NCBI GenBank assembly: GCA_030704615.1 | Contig: CM060734.1 | Span: 11,594,001-11,658,000, forward strand | Length of the DNA: 64,000 nucleotides | Direction: 5' to 3' | Origin: Takakia lepidozioides | Taxonomy: Eukaryota > Plantae > Bryophyta | In this document: piece after piece, positions 50,076 to 63,070 of the stretch | Position numbering within the stretch: position 1 is the stretch's first letter | Layout: the number at the start of each line of letters is the position of its first letter | The notes under the pieces: model-generated | What the model saw: only the letters and a program-made list of their open reading frames with translations | Told to the model about the DNA's origin: nothing | The model's database searches: none | Translations under genes and position numbers: made by a program

Positions 50076-51629
50076 CTTGGTCCTTCATGCTAGATGCGGG
50101 TCTTCTTCTGTGGGTCAAGAAGACCTCTTAAAAGGACAGATACCTACTGGAGGTTAACTGTACTTGTAGGACATCCAGTACAATTGCAACAGAACAGGGG
50201 GCTCATTACAATATGGCCCTAATGAAGGCGGTGCTAAAACGAGGCATGTGGATGGTTACTGGACCTATGGCAAGACCATACCTGGTGGTAGTAGATGTTC
50301 GAGGACACAATGACAAAGCATGGTGGAGGTGATTTTCAAATGTCATTTTTGTGACTCCTGAAGGTTAAGCGACTCAATGATTACTTGGGCTGTAAGAATT
50401 CATGTGCCTTCCTGTTGGCATTCCTGAGTTGAACCTTGTGGATGGTCTTTCCTTTCATCAAGACACTGAATAGTAATCAGAAGTGATCTGACCAGATGTG
50501 GTGACATGCGCTTGGACATCAGCTTTATCATCCCAGTACAGTTACAAGAATCATCTCTCAGGTTTCATGGACGCTGGCAGCATCGCCTTTGTGCAAAGTG
50601 CTACATTGGTTACAGACATTCAAGGCGATGTCTAAACAGCAACAAATGATCCTGCTGGTGCTCATTCGTCAGTATCAATGTGCCTAAGTGACACTTTGTT
50701 ACATGTAATGGGTCTTATGGGTAATAACTCTTGTATGTAATCAAGGATTTGTGGATGAACACACAGTTTGTCACATAATTAGAGCTTTCCTGATGAATGT
50801 CTGTGGACGTGATTGAGCTTTCACAATGCAAACAGCATAGTGAAAGGGTGTGGATAGATCAAAGTTGCAGGTGAAGATGACCAGCATAAAATTGCATCAC
50901 TGAAGGGTAGAGCAGTACATGATCTTCCTTTACGCAAAGAGAATGGTGGCCTGTGTGTGCAAAGGCTTTGAGGCAGTCCCATGCGCAGAAAGCTTGCAGA
51001 TTGCTCCCAGCTATAAAGTGACAGGGGGGTGTCTACAAACAAGTGCCGCACCCTGAATATGCAAATATGGTTGCTAATTCACTTGTTGGGACCACCAGGA
51101 GAGTTTCTCCTGCCACATCATTGGAGATCCCCACTGGTGGATGCAGACATGCCTGAATTCCGCGTTGGTTTTTTCCCGTACATGGCTGGAGTATGGCGTG
51201 CACGGGACTGATTATGTTCTGTTGTAGAGTCCCAGTAAAGTAAACTTGGCATGCTTCCAGTGGGCTATAGTGCCTGCAATTTGTCATGGGAGAGTATGTG
51301 AGAAAAATAGTGAAAAGGGCAGCCTGCAGAGGCCACGCCTTTCTGTAGTGGGAAGGAACATGCAGTGGGGAAGAGCAGGTAGCATTTGAGGATAGTTTTC
51401 TTGAGGTTCAACAAAGGGTCTCATCAGTCTCCACAATCTTATTCACTTATGCGGATTTTTGTGCTATACGGACTACGTATTTTGCGCATACGGTGTATGT
51501 ATTTGTTGTTGTGGTTTCGCCATTTCTGGCGAAACTAGGTCGGCTGCTGCCACGTGGGGGGGAGTCGCCGTCGCAGTCGAAGATTAAGATGGAAATTCAA
51601 TATTCGATATATCCACGCTGTCTCTTCTT

Positions 51630-52000
51630 ATTTTCCCCGACGGGCCTTGTAATTTCCAGCATCCCCTGATCCATGGCCACAAAACTGGAGCACTTCAATC
51701 CGACCTTGCCAAACCGCCGCTTGAGCTCAGGGTCATGTACCTAACAAAACATTTCAAGCATATAGAATGTGGGTCATTGCGAGATGAGAGAGGAAGCCCC
51801 GCCCATGTCGACAAGCCAAGGCAGCTATGGCGGATGCTTGGGTCCTGCACTCACTTCCCACACAAGCTACTCTACAGAAGACTACCTTTCCATTTGTCTC
51901 TCGCCTCTGTTGTTGACACCACCTTAAATTGTCCCTTTTCCATCCTTGCCCAATAGATGATTTTGCCAAAAGAAATGATTGGTGAATATGTAGAAGCGAC
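51630..52000 (-). repeat. Diverged duplicate of 55400-55800 (putative 5' exon of the minus-strand gene)
   Basis: Shared GATCCATGGCCACAAAACTG, ATTTCAAGCAT.TAGAA.GTGGGTCATTGCGAGATGAGAGA and GACAAGCCAAGGCAGC.ATGGCGGATGCTTG. Confidence 0.7.
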
Positions 52001-52419
52001 CAGTTGCTTGTTTGTTTTGCAGTGTTCTGTTGAGGGGATGGGTGTGGACAAGTGGGGAGAGGCGTGCTCGCAGTAACTTATCCAAGCCTTTGCGGCTTAC
52101 GGTTGGTGTTCAAGTGTTGAAATTCCATGCCGTCTACTCCCAGCTTTCAGGAGCTTGCATGTCTATAACTTGATCTGCAGTGCAAGATCAACATGCCGGC
52201 ATATTGGGCTTATCCTACCAGGATGCGTAAAGTGTGGTATGCGGCTTATAAAGTTCCATCTGTACCAGATGGCTTATGCCAAAGTTTGAAGTGACGAAGC
52301 CTGCATACTGCTGGCAGGTAACATGGAGCGAAGTGTTCGGAGATTTCTCCTCTGCGCTCCTCCTGCACAAACCTGGGTGCGTGGATCTACTCTCTGCAGC
52401 CCAACTTCTTCCAAAGAGA

Positions 52420-55400
52420 ACTTCATACTGTTTGAAACAGTACAGATTTATACACAGATTGTAGTGCCGCCGTAGCTTCCTTTTTCTTGACTTCAGAGCC
52501 TGCTTCACGAGTAAACTTTCCATTGTCATCATATGTGGTGCACATGTTTAAAGTGAAGAGAGAAGAGAGCTGCAACAGCACTTCAGGCAGGTGGCCGAAA
52601 CAAATCATCTTTAACAGTAGCTATAGTTACTGCGAGCGCGGACCGCTCGCTAGCTAATTAGCTAAAATGCCCTTAGGCCTATTTAGCAGAGCTTAACAGG
52701 GATCTCAGTCAGTCCCCCCCCCCCCACCCACCTTCTTTTTCTTTTTCTTTTTCTATCTCTCCCCCTCTCTCTCTGTCTTTTGTCACTCCCCACAAAAAAA
52801 AAAAAAACAGAGAGGGAGAGGGAGAGAGGGGGAGAGAGGGAGAGGGACAGAGGGAGGGAGAGAGAGTGCAAGAAAAATGAAGGGGACTGACTGAGCAGCT
52901 GCTGCTGCTCAGTCAGTTCCCCCCCACCTTCTTTTTGTTTTTGTTTTTCCTCATCTCGCCCTCTCACTCCCTCCCTCCCTCTCTGAACCTCTCCCTTTAA
53001 AGATCGAGAAGAGATTCAACATACATTTATGGCCTGATCAAGCAAGGTCAGCAACACAGTCTTTTCAGCAGCATGCTCCTGTTTTATCTTCCCACTCTCC
53101 CTCCTGAATTTCTCCTCCACCTATCAACAATGACAAGATGAGATTAATATCAATATGTGCTAACAAAGCCCATCTGACATCTCACAGACCTAGCACAATA
53201 TTAAACCCTCCAGAGTGAGTTGGCAATTATGCAGGGAGCTAGCATAGCTATGATATCAAAACGAATAGTCATGTTTACAACATCTAAGCACCTTTTGTGT
53301 AACTGGTTCCATGTAAGACACTGCGGTGCAAAGTGCATGTATCAAGGAAAATGGCACTGCATTGTGTGATAGTTTTACGCATCCCATGCAGCCTGTCGGT
53401 GGTGTAGAGATAGAAGAAAAGGAAAGATCAAAGCTCATGCTTGACCTTAGCAAGCACCATAGCCTGTTCAGCTGCAAGATGGTTTTGAATATCCTCCATC
53501 TCTTTTCTGTGAGTGAAAGCCACCTGTGCCAATTGCATAAAAACCCTCAAAGCACCGGGCATCAAAGCACCGCCTGGCAAAAGCTTAGAAAGCTCCATGC
53601 AGACCTGTTCGATCTGCACAGCATTTATAGCACAGGGAGGAGAGGCCTCTTTAGTGGGTGAGGAATACTTTTCATTCGGTTTCTGGAGCAAGCCTAGCTG
53701 GTGCAGCTTGTCACAGGCCTCTGCTTTCACGCGCCCTTCGCCCACCGCAACATACATTTCTGGTTTGCCCTTGACTGGCACTTTCAGTTCTGCCACAAAC
53801 ACCTGGTACCCCAATCCCCTCCTTCACTCATACTTGCGATAGCCTTTTACCGAGCATTTAAGAAAATTACAACACCAATGACAACAACACCTACAATGCG
53901 AAAACACGCATGGTTGAAGCAGTCTTATCACTATAGTCTGCCTCACCAACAATTACATGGAAATCCTCAGGCTGCACACACCTCTGCATGAGCAGGGCCA
54001 GTTGAACGGAAAGTGATAGGCAGAGAATGGGCACTTTTGCCACCAGCATCACAAAAGGCAGCAGTGGTCGCCAGGAATTTCCTGAGTTCCCTGAGTTTCA
54101 TGGGTTTGTCATCCCAGCCTCCAATGCTTTGCTTCCATCCCACCAGCAGACCTCTTTCCTGCATGCCCAGTTGTTTCCACCTCAAACCACATATTATATA
54201 ATTGCCTTCCTCCCGAAACGACTACCACACAGCACTGGTTTTCCTACTAGCTTATGATCAATACATAGACTGTATACCACCCCTTTGGCAGAGTCTATGG
54301 TCTACCATGCTTACTTGCAAAAGCTTGCATGCATCAATGGCAGCGACTTTTTCTGACTCCTTCTTTTTAGGGGCAACACCTACCCCATATACTACTTTCC
54401 CATCCTGACAGACAATGAAAACGCTTATTAGTGCAAGTCTTCTACCAGCTTCCAATGTCCAAACGAACCATACCTTTCAGGGTGCACAGTACACCAAGTA
54501 GCTGTTGCTAATGCAATTGTGACAAAATTTCCCTCTTCTCTTTAGAATGCTTTCCTAGGCTACAAACCCGTTCAACAAAACCAAGTGTGATGCAGATACA
54601 ACTGCCTTAAATGCCAAGGTTGGCGTGATGAGAAGCCTGTCCTGTCATGCAAACATTCACTAAGAATGCACCACACTTCACTGCAAATTCAGAAAGATCC
54701 TCTAGTGGCAGCTTCTGCTCTGCAAGAAGAAAGGCAAGGAAAGGAGTGGAGCCTACAATATCCACGGCAGCTCAAAAAGCTTTTGGGGCAACAGAAAGAG
54801 TGATACAAGAAAGAAGTGGGGCCTCAACAAGCAGTCCAAAAAGGAGTTTCTGAAGTACAACCTCCTCACAACAACACTACCAAATTCTTTTTAGGTGTCC
54901 CTTCTTGAAGAGTTGAACTCAATGCTTGGTATCCCAGTGGAGTGATGCAGCTGCAGTCAACTCCCGCACCACCTGATGTGCTTATGGTTGCGGTCATCCC
55001 TCCCTAAACGGCCTCCTTAACACCGCAGAAGCAGCTTCGCCAGAAAGTCCATTTAAGACAAGGTCATATGACGTCTAAAAGTCCCCCAACATCTCCATCT
55101 CTCGTGGACCTAATTGATTTGTTCTGCTTCTCCTTCCGAAAACTAGTCCTTGAAAGAGCTGAGTGACCTAACTCGACATGGTTATGCGAGGATCAATGGG
55201 TGCAGAGTACCGGGAGCGCGACGCAAAGGCGAGCCTCATACTGTGGGTTGGATTTCGGCCCAACCAGCGTGAATTTGCCGTGAGGCCTCTAAACGGCGGC
55301 GAACTACACCGCAGCTCCTTGGGATTGGAACTCATGAAGCGATCGATGTCCCCTCCCGCCCGAGAGCCCCCGCGCTTTCTCTTCTTATTACCGTCTTGGA

Positions 55401-55630
55401 ACTTGGAATTTCCCGCAGCCCCCGATCCATGGCCACAAAACTGAGGTCGCACCAGAATCCGCTCAGGATGATGAACCTACCAAAACGATTTCAAGCATGT
55501 AGAAGGTGGGTCATTGCGAGATGAGAGAAGAGCAGCGAGTCCCCATGACAAGCCAAGGCAGCGATGGCGGATGCTTGAGCCCCGAGGTCCCACACAAGCC
55601 ACTCTGAAACAGCCGAGTGCGAAGGCCATG
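52420..55630 (-). pseudogene. Multi-exon gene remnant with dsRNA-binding-domain-like segments
   Basis: DGKVVYGVGVAPKKKESEKVAAIDACKLLQ (54258-54455) and FVAELKVP...YVAVGEGRVKAEACDKLHQLGLL (53428-53814); stops present; exon structure unresolved. Confidence 0.55.
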
Positions 55631-55864
55631 GCCTTCTTCAAACTAATGTCACCCGCTTCCCTCCAAGGCTGTTGTCTTGTTATTGAAAATTTGTGGCCTT
55701 TTCCAGCCAAACACAGAATTTCCTTAGAGATAAAAAAAAATATGCGAAAAGAAATAGAGGGGGCGTTGGTGAATATGCAAGCGACTGGCACTTGTCTTTA
55801 GTAAGAGCATCTCCACGATGAGCAGGCCCGTCAAACGTTATATACCCTGGTTACATGGGTGATG

Positions 55865-56784
55865 GTATTTTTTACAAGGATTGGTTGGCTGACACTCCAT
55901 GGTTGGGATGGAGATCTTGCACAGATAGCCCGGAGGCAGGCCCCGCATCACAATCTTGGCTCGTTGACCAAGGCCATCATATCTCATTAACTCACAAATA
56001 ACTCACCAATTTAATGTAGAGTGGTTGGCGGGTCCCGATATAATTGCCAAAGTGTCGGGCGAGAGGCAGATTTACGGCCGGCAGCAATTCTACCAGGCAG
56101 AGCCAACCTTGGAACAAGCTATGCTACTTTTTTGGACCCCGCGCCATTAGATTGCCGTTTTCGGGCAAGCGTCGTGGCACCATGGAGATGCTCTAAGTAA
56201 GTAAAGAACTGCCCGAGAATTGCGTTGTGTATATTTAGGCACCTTACTTGGCGCAATCTCCACTCTTACAAACAGTGATCTTACGTTTTCGTAACGTAAG
56301 ATCACTCCTGGGCGATTGTATTTTTCACAAGGATTGGTTGGCTGACACTCCATGGTTGGGACGGTAGGAGATCTTGCACAGATAGCCCGGAGGCAGGCCC
56401 GCCGCTCGATCACAATCTTGGCACGTTGACCAAGGCCATCATATCTCATTAACTCACAAATAACTCACCAATTTACTGTAGAGTGGTTGGCAGGGTCCGG
56501 TATAATCGGCAAAAGTGTCGGGCGCGGGAGGCAGATTTACGGCGGATTAGCAAATTAGCAATTCTACCAGGCCGAGCCAACCCCTGGAACAAGCTGCGCT
56601 ACTTTTTTGGACCCCGCGCCGTTAGATTGCCGTTTTCGGGCAAGTGCCGTGGCACCATGGAGATGCTCTAAGTACGTAAAGAACTGCCCGAGAATTGCGT
56701 TGTGTTATTTAGGCGCCTTACATGGCGCAATCTCCACTCTTACAAATAGTGATCTTACGTTTTCATAATGTAAGATCACTCCTG
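55865..56784. repeat. Tandem duplication, two ~450-470 bp units, each ending in a hairpin
   Basis: Units ~55865-56310 and ~56317-56784; terminal AGTGATCTTACGTT-ttcgt-AACGTAAGATCACT. Confidence 0.85.
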
Positions 56785-57146
56785 TTTTGCCGCATGAGCC
56801 TTACGAATTCGTAAGGCTACACTTCAATTCTTTTTCTTTCTGCTTCTTTCTTTTAAGGATTTTGTCTTTTGCAGAAAATTCGTTAAGCAATTTTTTCTTT
56901 TACATTAACAAAGTATTTCTTTGGTGCTATTGGCTGAGGAATCTACGGAGCTCAAGCACGGTATTAAGAACTGTATTTGATCAGCGACCCTTGTGTTCAA
57001 ATTGTCTTCAGAACCTAACTATTGGTGCGGCCGGGGTCGTGCGGCTGCTTTCTCTTAGGAAACACCAACTAGCAGGTGCAGCGGGCCCCTAAGGCATCTG
57101 ACATTGGATTGTACCAAAAATGTGTAGAGTTGCAATGGTATGCAAT

Positions 57147-57440
57147 TCATAGGTGAATTGTCATTGGTTTTCGTGTGGATCTGGTGTTGCACAATGGACA
57201 CTTTCGACTCATTTGCCAGATTTTCGTTGCACAATCAGTGCACACGCTTGTATGATTACACGGGATGAAACATGCCCTCTTTCTTAGCTCACTGCAAAGG
57301 TTGAAGGAACTTTGTCCTTGAAACCAGCCTTCCAAATCCTGGAAACAAACTGAGCACTCAAACCTTTGCAGCAACTGTTTCGCCTCTTCAAGCTGCTTCT
57401 CCATTCCCAAATGCTTTTCTGTTATGTAACAGTTTTCCTG
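57147..57440 (-). CDS. Terminal exon encoding a C3HC4 RING finger (XIAP/LUL-type); upstream exons unresolved
   Basis: CSVC...CFIPCNHTSVCTDCA...CPLC, preceded by a short coiled coil and a TTTGTGCAG acceptor. Confidence 0.7.
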   Translation of the reverse strand, partial: QENCYITEKHLGMEKQLEEAKQLLQRFECSVCFQDLEGWFQGQSSFNLCSELRKRACFIPCNHTSVCTDCATKIWQMSRKCPLCNTRSTRKPMTIHL

Positions 57441-57657
57441 CACAAACTTGAGGTGTTTTTGTCAGCCAACAGAACTTGAGAAAGGAGGTAAAATAAATAA
57501 ATAAAAGGGGGGGGGGGGGGGACCTGACTGAGCAGCAGCAGAGAACAGTAGCATCAATGTTTGATTTATTCTTTTGTATGAAATCTCAATCAGAGAATTG
57601 AGTACAAAATGATTTACTGTTTGAATGTAGCTCAGATCAGCAATCTATAGCTACGAA

Positions 57658-58107
57658 TCAAGAAGTCGAATTATTCATGTTCTTCAGGAAATCCGCTACA
57701 GCAGCAGGATCTACAACATTGAGAGTTATGTTGCAGTTGTTCAGATTGTGAAATTGATGTCCAACATGTTGCGATCTGCTGGCTCCGAAAATGTTCTGCA
57801 GTTTATCCTTATATTTCTCCATCTCCTGCTGAAGAGCAAACTGGCCATCGGTACTTTTCCAGAAATCTACATCATTATCGAAACACGCTGAGGGTTCCGG
57901 ACTAGATCTTTGAGGAAGACTTTGAGGAGAAACATAAGGTAACATGGAAAGAGAGCCATGAATGGCAGGTTTGTTTGTGCCCGCAGGCAAAGAAGACGTA
58001 GAAACAACAGCCCGTCCACCGGCTTCAATCATGAATTTCTCACATGAAGGTGTCACAGAATGAGAACCGTCATGAAAAGCCATAGCCAAACATAAGAAAA
58101 GATTCAT
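57658..58107 (-). other. 149-aa ORF, probable terminal exon of an unidentified (possibly transposon) gene
   Basis: Low-complexity S/P region ending FHNLNNCNITLNVV...*; short GT-AG-bounded segments upstream to ~59330. Confidence 0.3.
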
Positions 58108-61100
58108 GAATTACCAAAAATAAAATGAAACCGAACATATGTATGTACATACCGGTGTTGGTCTGGTATTGTGTTTTGGACATACCAGGAGGGTCCTGGT
58201 AGTATAAAAATTTAGAGATGTCCCAAACACGGGTATGCAATAATAATAAAAAAACCCAGATTTTGTTACTTGTAGGGTATCAATAATGCCAGCATTTCAC
58301 TTTTGCAGACCTGGTATCAACAAGGGTATGGAAACCTTGATACCTGCTGATATCATCTTCGGGTAAAGTATCAAAAATTTACATTTCAGAAAGAAGCACA
58401 CATTGAATATTGTAGCATACATATGGAAACTTTTGGCCTTGCATTTATAACCATTTTCACTGCCCCTGTTTTTCTTTCAAGCCACAAAGACTAATGTTGA
58501 ATGCGACGGAGCACTGATACAAATAGAAACAAAGCAAGTAATATTAGGAACTGCCATGAGCTTATGAAATTTCTCCCATTGTGCATATGTGAACCTTATC
58601 AAATGATATACTCTAAACACAATATGCCAGAATCTGGTGAGGTTTGCTGTCAATATCTTGTCCTCGCCAATACCAGCATGAACAAAGTTAAGAACCAGAT
58701 GACAGGGCTTAAAAATCAACATTGCAATGGAACCGAGGATCCCAAAATAAAAGCAAATTTGTGATCACTCAAACACTGGCTAATCTGCAGGTGACTGGGT
58801 ACGTTGGCTACTCTTGCGATGCCTAAGTACAGTAGCTGATCTCCACCTCAAGTGATAGATGGTGGTGTGCCATGTCTTGAAAGTCCGCACCTATGAAGAG
58901 AACAAAAACACCCAAGTTAGACCTCAAAGGTCCAGTGGATGCGGAGTATAAGCATTGGTTAACATCAAACATAAAACAATCAGCAGTTTAAAAATACTTA
59001 TCAAATCTGTTGATGCAGCCCAAACTCCAGCACTGCAACAACTCCATGTCAGCAGCCACTCCAATACCTGCAAGAAAGCAATCCTAGATTAAAACCACAT
59101 ACATTCAAAGCTGGAGACTAAGCCAAAATGCAAAATGCAAAATGTAAAAAAAAAAATCAGAATTCAGAAGCCTACCCTTACTTGTCGTTCTCAAATAGCC
59201 CTGCTTCCTCACACTACAACAAATTGCGGCTTTTACGTCTCTGTGTTATGACTGCAAATGCAGTTATGGAAGCCATTTACGACTTCCTAACTCTGAAGAA
59301 GTATCTAGAAGCCGAGTCAGTTCTGACATGGAAGTCGTGGCTGCCATGGAGTCGTAAGTGACAGTCGTCAGGGTTTCTGTGACGTAGCGCCTGAGCAGCT
59401 CGCTCCTAGTCATACACGCTGGCTTTACTGAATGACTGAACAGACAGTGTAGTCCATGTCAGCCGCTGTGTAAGAGAGACACGTGCTTGATAGAAAAAAA
59501 TGACACGTGGCATAGTGCGCGCATTCCATGACTGTCAACTATGACTACAGGCGAGGCGATCCGGTTGCAGCACTTGGCACGTCTTAGTTTTTACACGTGG
59601 TCTCTTAGGAGGTTGACATGTGTCACGATGGGTGTTTTTTTGGTGTACTACTATTTTTTTACATATTTATATTTCTACCACGTGGTGTAGTACTATTGAA
59701 GAGTGAAAATAGATGTAGTCATTATTATGACTATGATAGAAGTCATATACATGTCTATTACAACAATGAAATATAATATATAATACAAACAGAACAAGGC
59801 AGCAAGATATAACTGCAACAAGCTGAGCAAAACCAAGAGATTGTACACCATATCTATTTATCAATCTATTTATCATTATCATTTTTGTCGCGATCTAAAA
59901 ATACATAAAATAGTCACATGTTCTCAATTGAATTATATTGTCTAACTATAACACTTTGAAAAGTGTTTACCCATAATCTTCTAACTACTCTGTCATGGTT
60001 TTAGTCATGGTTATCTAGAATTCCCTACTTCTAGTTAACTAGGACATTTTAGATATTTATATTTATATTTTGTGTGTTGGGACTTCATTTGGTCTCACAT
60101 GCCAAGTGAGGTGTCGAGCCTCACTTGAGACATGGAGATAGGTTTTCCCCTTGTGAATGTTGAGGAGGCTCATCTTCTTGTAGTTGAGCCTCCATGAGCT
60201 TCTCTCACCTCCATAGCTCTAGGTATTGATAGGGAGTGTGTTGAGGGCTTTGTAGGGTGGATTCCTTTAGCAAAGGTGCCCTTGGCTTGACTTAGTTTAT
60301 GTGATAGAGTGGATTTCACTTGGAAGGACTAGGGCTTGTTCTTCATGTGATTGCTTCATGCTTTGAGAGCTTTCATTGTCTACTATTTCTCTCATTTCTC
60401 ATCTCTTATCACTACAAGAAGATCACCTTATGCTTGTGAGTGCGGAGTGTAATGATTAGTTTTGCACTTGTATTTTAAAGAGGTTGAGAGCTAGGAGAAT
60501 TTAGCTCTTGTATCACAAGGCTTGCAAGGGGTTGCAAGGAAAGGTGCTCGAGTATTGCATGCACCAAGGAGTTGGAGAGCTTGAGAAGAAAGCTCTTGAG
60601 TCACAAGATTTTGCAAGGATTATAAGGAGGAAGTCTTGTGTGTGTGGAAGCATGGATTCTAGGGTTTGAGAATCCTTTGCATGCATTATGGAGTCGATGG
60701 TGTGCGCCATGGCTTGTGGAGAGTGACTAAAGGCTTGTTAGTGCTCATTTCACTATCAAGCTAGGGTTAAACAAGTTCAAAGTGTGGATGTTGTGGAAGA
60801 GAAGCCAAGGAGCTATATATGCATGGGCTTGAAGACAACAAGGGCAAGCACTTGGAGAGCACTAAGAAGCTCAAGAAGTTTTGAAAGGGAGCATGTGAAG
60901 AAATCTTCCAATCATGGTGGTGTGGAGCCAACCTTAGGGTGCCATTGGAAGGGCTTAGAGAACATGTAGTGGGAAATCCTTGAAGGGAAATCATCATTCA
61001 ATGTATGCATAGCTTCACCCTAACTATGTAATGTGACAAGAGGGGGAGGCAATACTTGGCTATTCATGCTCTTGGTAGTGCGAGCTTTGTGGTGGATAGT

Positions 61101-61721
61101 TGACCAAGCAAGTGGTGTATGTGTGGAGCATGCTCGCTTGAGTTTGTAAGTTCAAGTTTGAGAAGGGGAGCTCTTGAACTAGCAAGAGGTGAAGGCCTTT
61201 GAGATCCATTTGTGTGTGAAGTGGAGAGGTGTTGATTCATGTTATGATGAAGGAGAGCAACACATAGGCCAAGAGGTCATGGAACATGCATTCAAATGAC
61301 CACGGGGAGCACATGGATGATGGATTGGTGCAAGACCCCAAATGAGGCATATGGCGTGAGAGTGGGATCCAAGGCGGATTGCTTGGGAGCATTATTGTAA
61401 GTGACAAGCATTGCTCCTACACATTGAGATAATTTGTGTTGATTTGGAGCGATTGTCAAGTGATGAGGAGACAAATGCATGATTGTTCGGCAATGGAGAT
61501 ATGGTAGTTTGCAATCAAATCCCAAGGACTAGAAGGGGGATTGATTTGGTGGACAATGACTTGCAAGTTGAGTTGGACCACTCTTGGTTGCACATTGGGG
61601 TGGAAGAGAGCAAGAAGATGCCTCTTATGACCACCTAGAGACCATATTTTTGCTTGAGTAGAAGCATAGAAGTCAAGGACTTGCATTCTAGCTCTTCATT
61701 ACAAACCCTAGTAGTGTATGC

Positions 61722-62115
61722 TCAGACTATACCTATGTTAGTATACCAAACAAGAGCTTGTCCCTTTGACTATACCTCTGTTGAGGTATCACCATATGTG
61801 AACCCTAATGTGAGACTATACCTCTGTTAGTATACCAAACAGGAGCTTGTCCATTTTACTATACCTCTATTGAGGTATCACCATATGTGAACCCTAATTA
61901 GCTCAGACTATACCTCTGTTAGTATACCAAACAGGAGCTTGTCCCTTTTACTATACCTCTGTTGAGGTATCACCATATGTGGACCCTAATCAGCTCAGAC
62001 TATACCTCTGTTAGTATACCAAACAGAACCCTCATTTTCAGACTATACCTCTGTAAATGTATCATCAACATAAGGGACCCTAGCAACCTCAGACTATACC
62101 TCTGTTAAGGTATCA
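61722..62115. repeat. Dimeric tandem repeat (~91 bp; core ACTATACCTCTGTT about 9 times)
   Basis: The core alternates with two spacer types (AGTATACCAAACAGGAGCTTGTCC / GAGGTATCACCATATGTG.ACCCTAAT). Confidence 0.85.
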
Positions 62116-62139
62116 ACAGTGAAAGGACTTAGTGAAATT

Positions 62140-62310
62140 TAAGGGCCTTTGGAGGATTGTTTGGAAGATATTTGAGGGCCCTTGGAGGAGTATTTGGAGG
62201 ATCTTTGGGGTCCTTGGAGGAGTGTTTGGAGGATCTTTGGGGTCCTTGGAGGACCCTTTGAGGAGCTTTGGTGGACAATGTTGAAGAGCTCTTGAAGGAT
62301 TGATTGAGGG
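62140..62310. repeat. ~30 bp tandem repeat (GGAGGATCTTTGGGGTCCTTGGAGGAGT)
   Basis: Visible directly in the sequence. Confidence 0.7.
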
Positions 62311-63070
62311 ATATTGAAGGATACTTGCCACGGCCATACAAGCGAGTGAATAAAGACAGGAGGGAGAGTGGTGGGATGAGAGCATTCTGGGGTTAGGAAT
62401 TGCTTTAGTTTCTCTTCTCCATAGTCTTTCACCCTCCCTGTAGGCCGAAACCTTTCCGTAGGTGGAGGCAAGAGTCAGTCCGGGTTTGGGCTAGGTGTCC
62501 TTGCAGGAGCGACACTGTGGAGTGTTTTTGGTGTGGGGGAGTTGCTGTCTTGATTTTCTTGTGTTTGGATCCCCTCCACACCTGCATGCTTGACTGTGCG
62601 CCATGTTAGCTTTGTGTGGGCGCTTGTTTTCATAGGAGGTTGGTCCGGATTGATCACCGGCCAATCCTAGAGTATGTTGTCGGTGGTGAGGTTGGAGTGA
62701 TGATCAGCAAGACCACCAGTGTTTCTTCTATGGTGAGGCTAGGTTGATGACCAGCAGACCATAGGAATGTTTGCGGTGGATGCAGGTGCAGGTACAGGTC
62801 TACGTTAGAAACCTATTATTCCTGCTTGAACCAGTAGCCGCAACAGGTTCTCTACCCGGTTACCTTGTAGAAAGTGGGGATTAGAGACAGGTTGACAACC
62901 GGTTGGGTTGTGAGTTTTCATCACGGAGGTGCCACCAGTTGCTGAGAGGAGTGCCGGTACGAGCACCAGCGATACTAGTGGGTACACAAGACAAGGTGTG
63001 CCACTTTCACCTTTAGTGTCTTCTGAGGAAGGTTCAGACTCGGAGTCATGAGGATTCTCAAGTCATTTCC

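Noticed and set aside
60050-61700. Possible LTR or coding region of the right-hand retroelement
   Set aside because: Too degenerate; no termini, PBS or protein motif could be supported.
61722-62115. CRISPR-like repeat/spacer appearance
   Set aside because: Spacers alternate between two recurring sequences rather than being unique; no cas genes; eukaryotic context.
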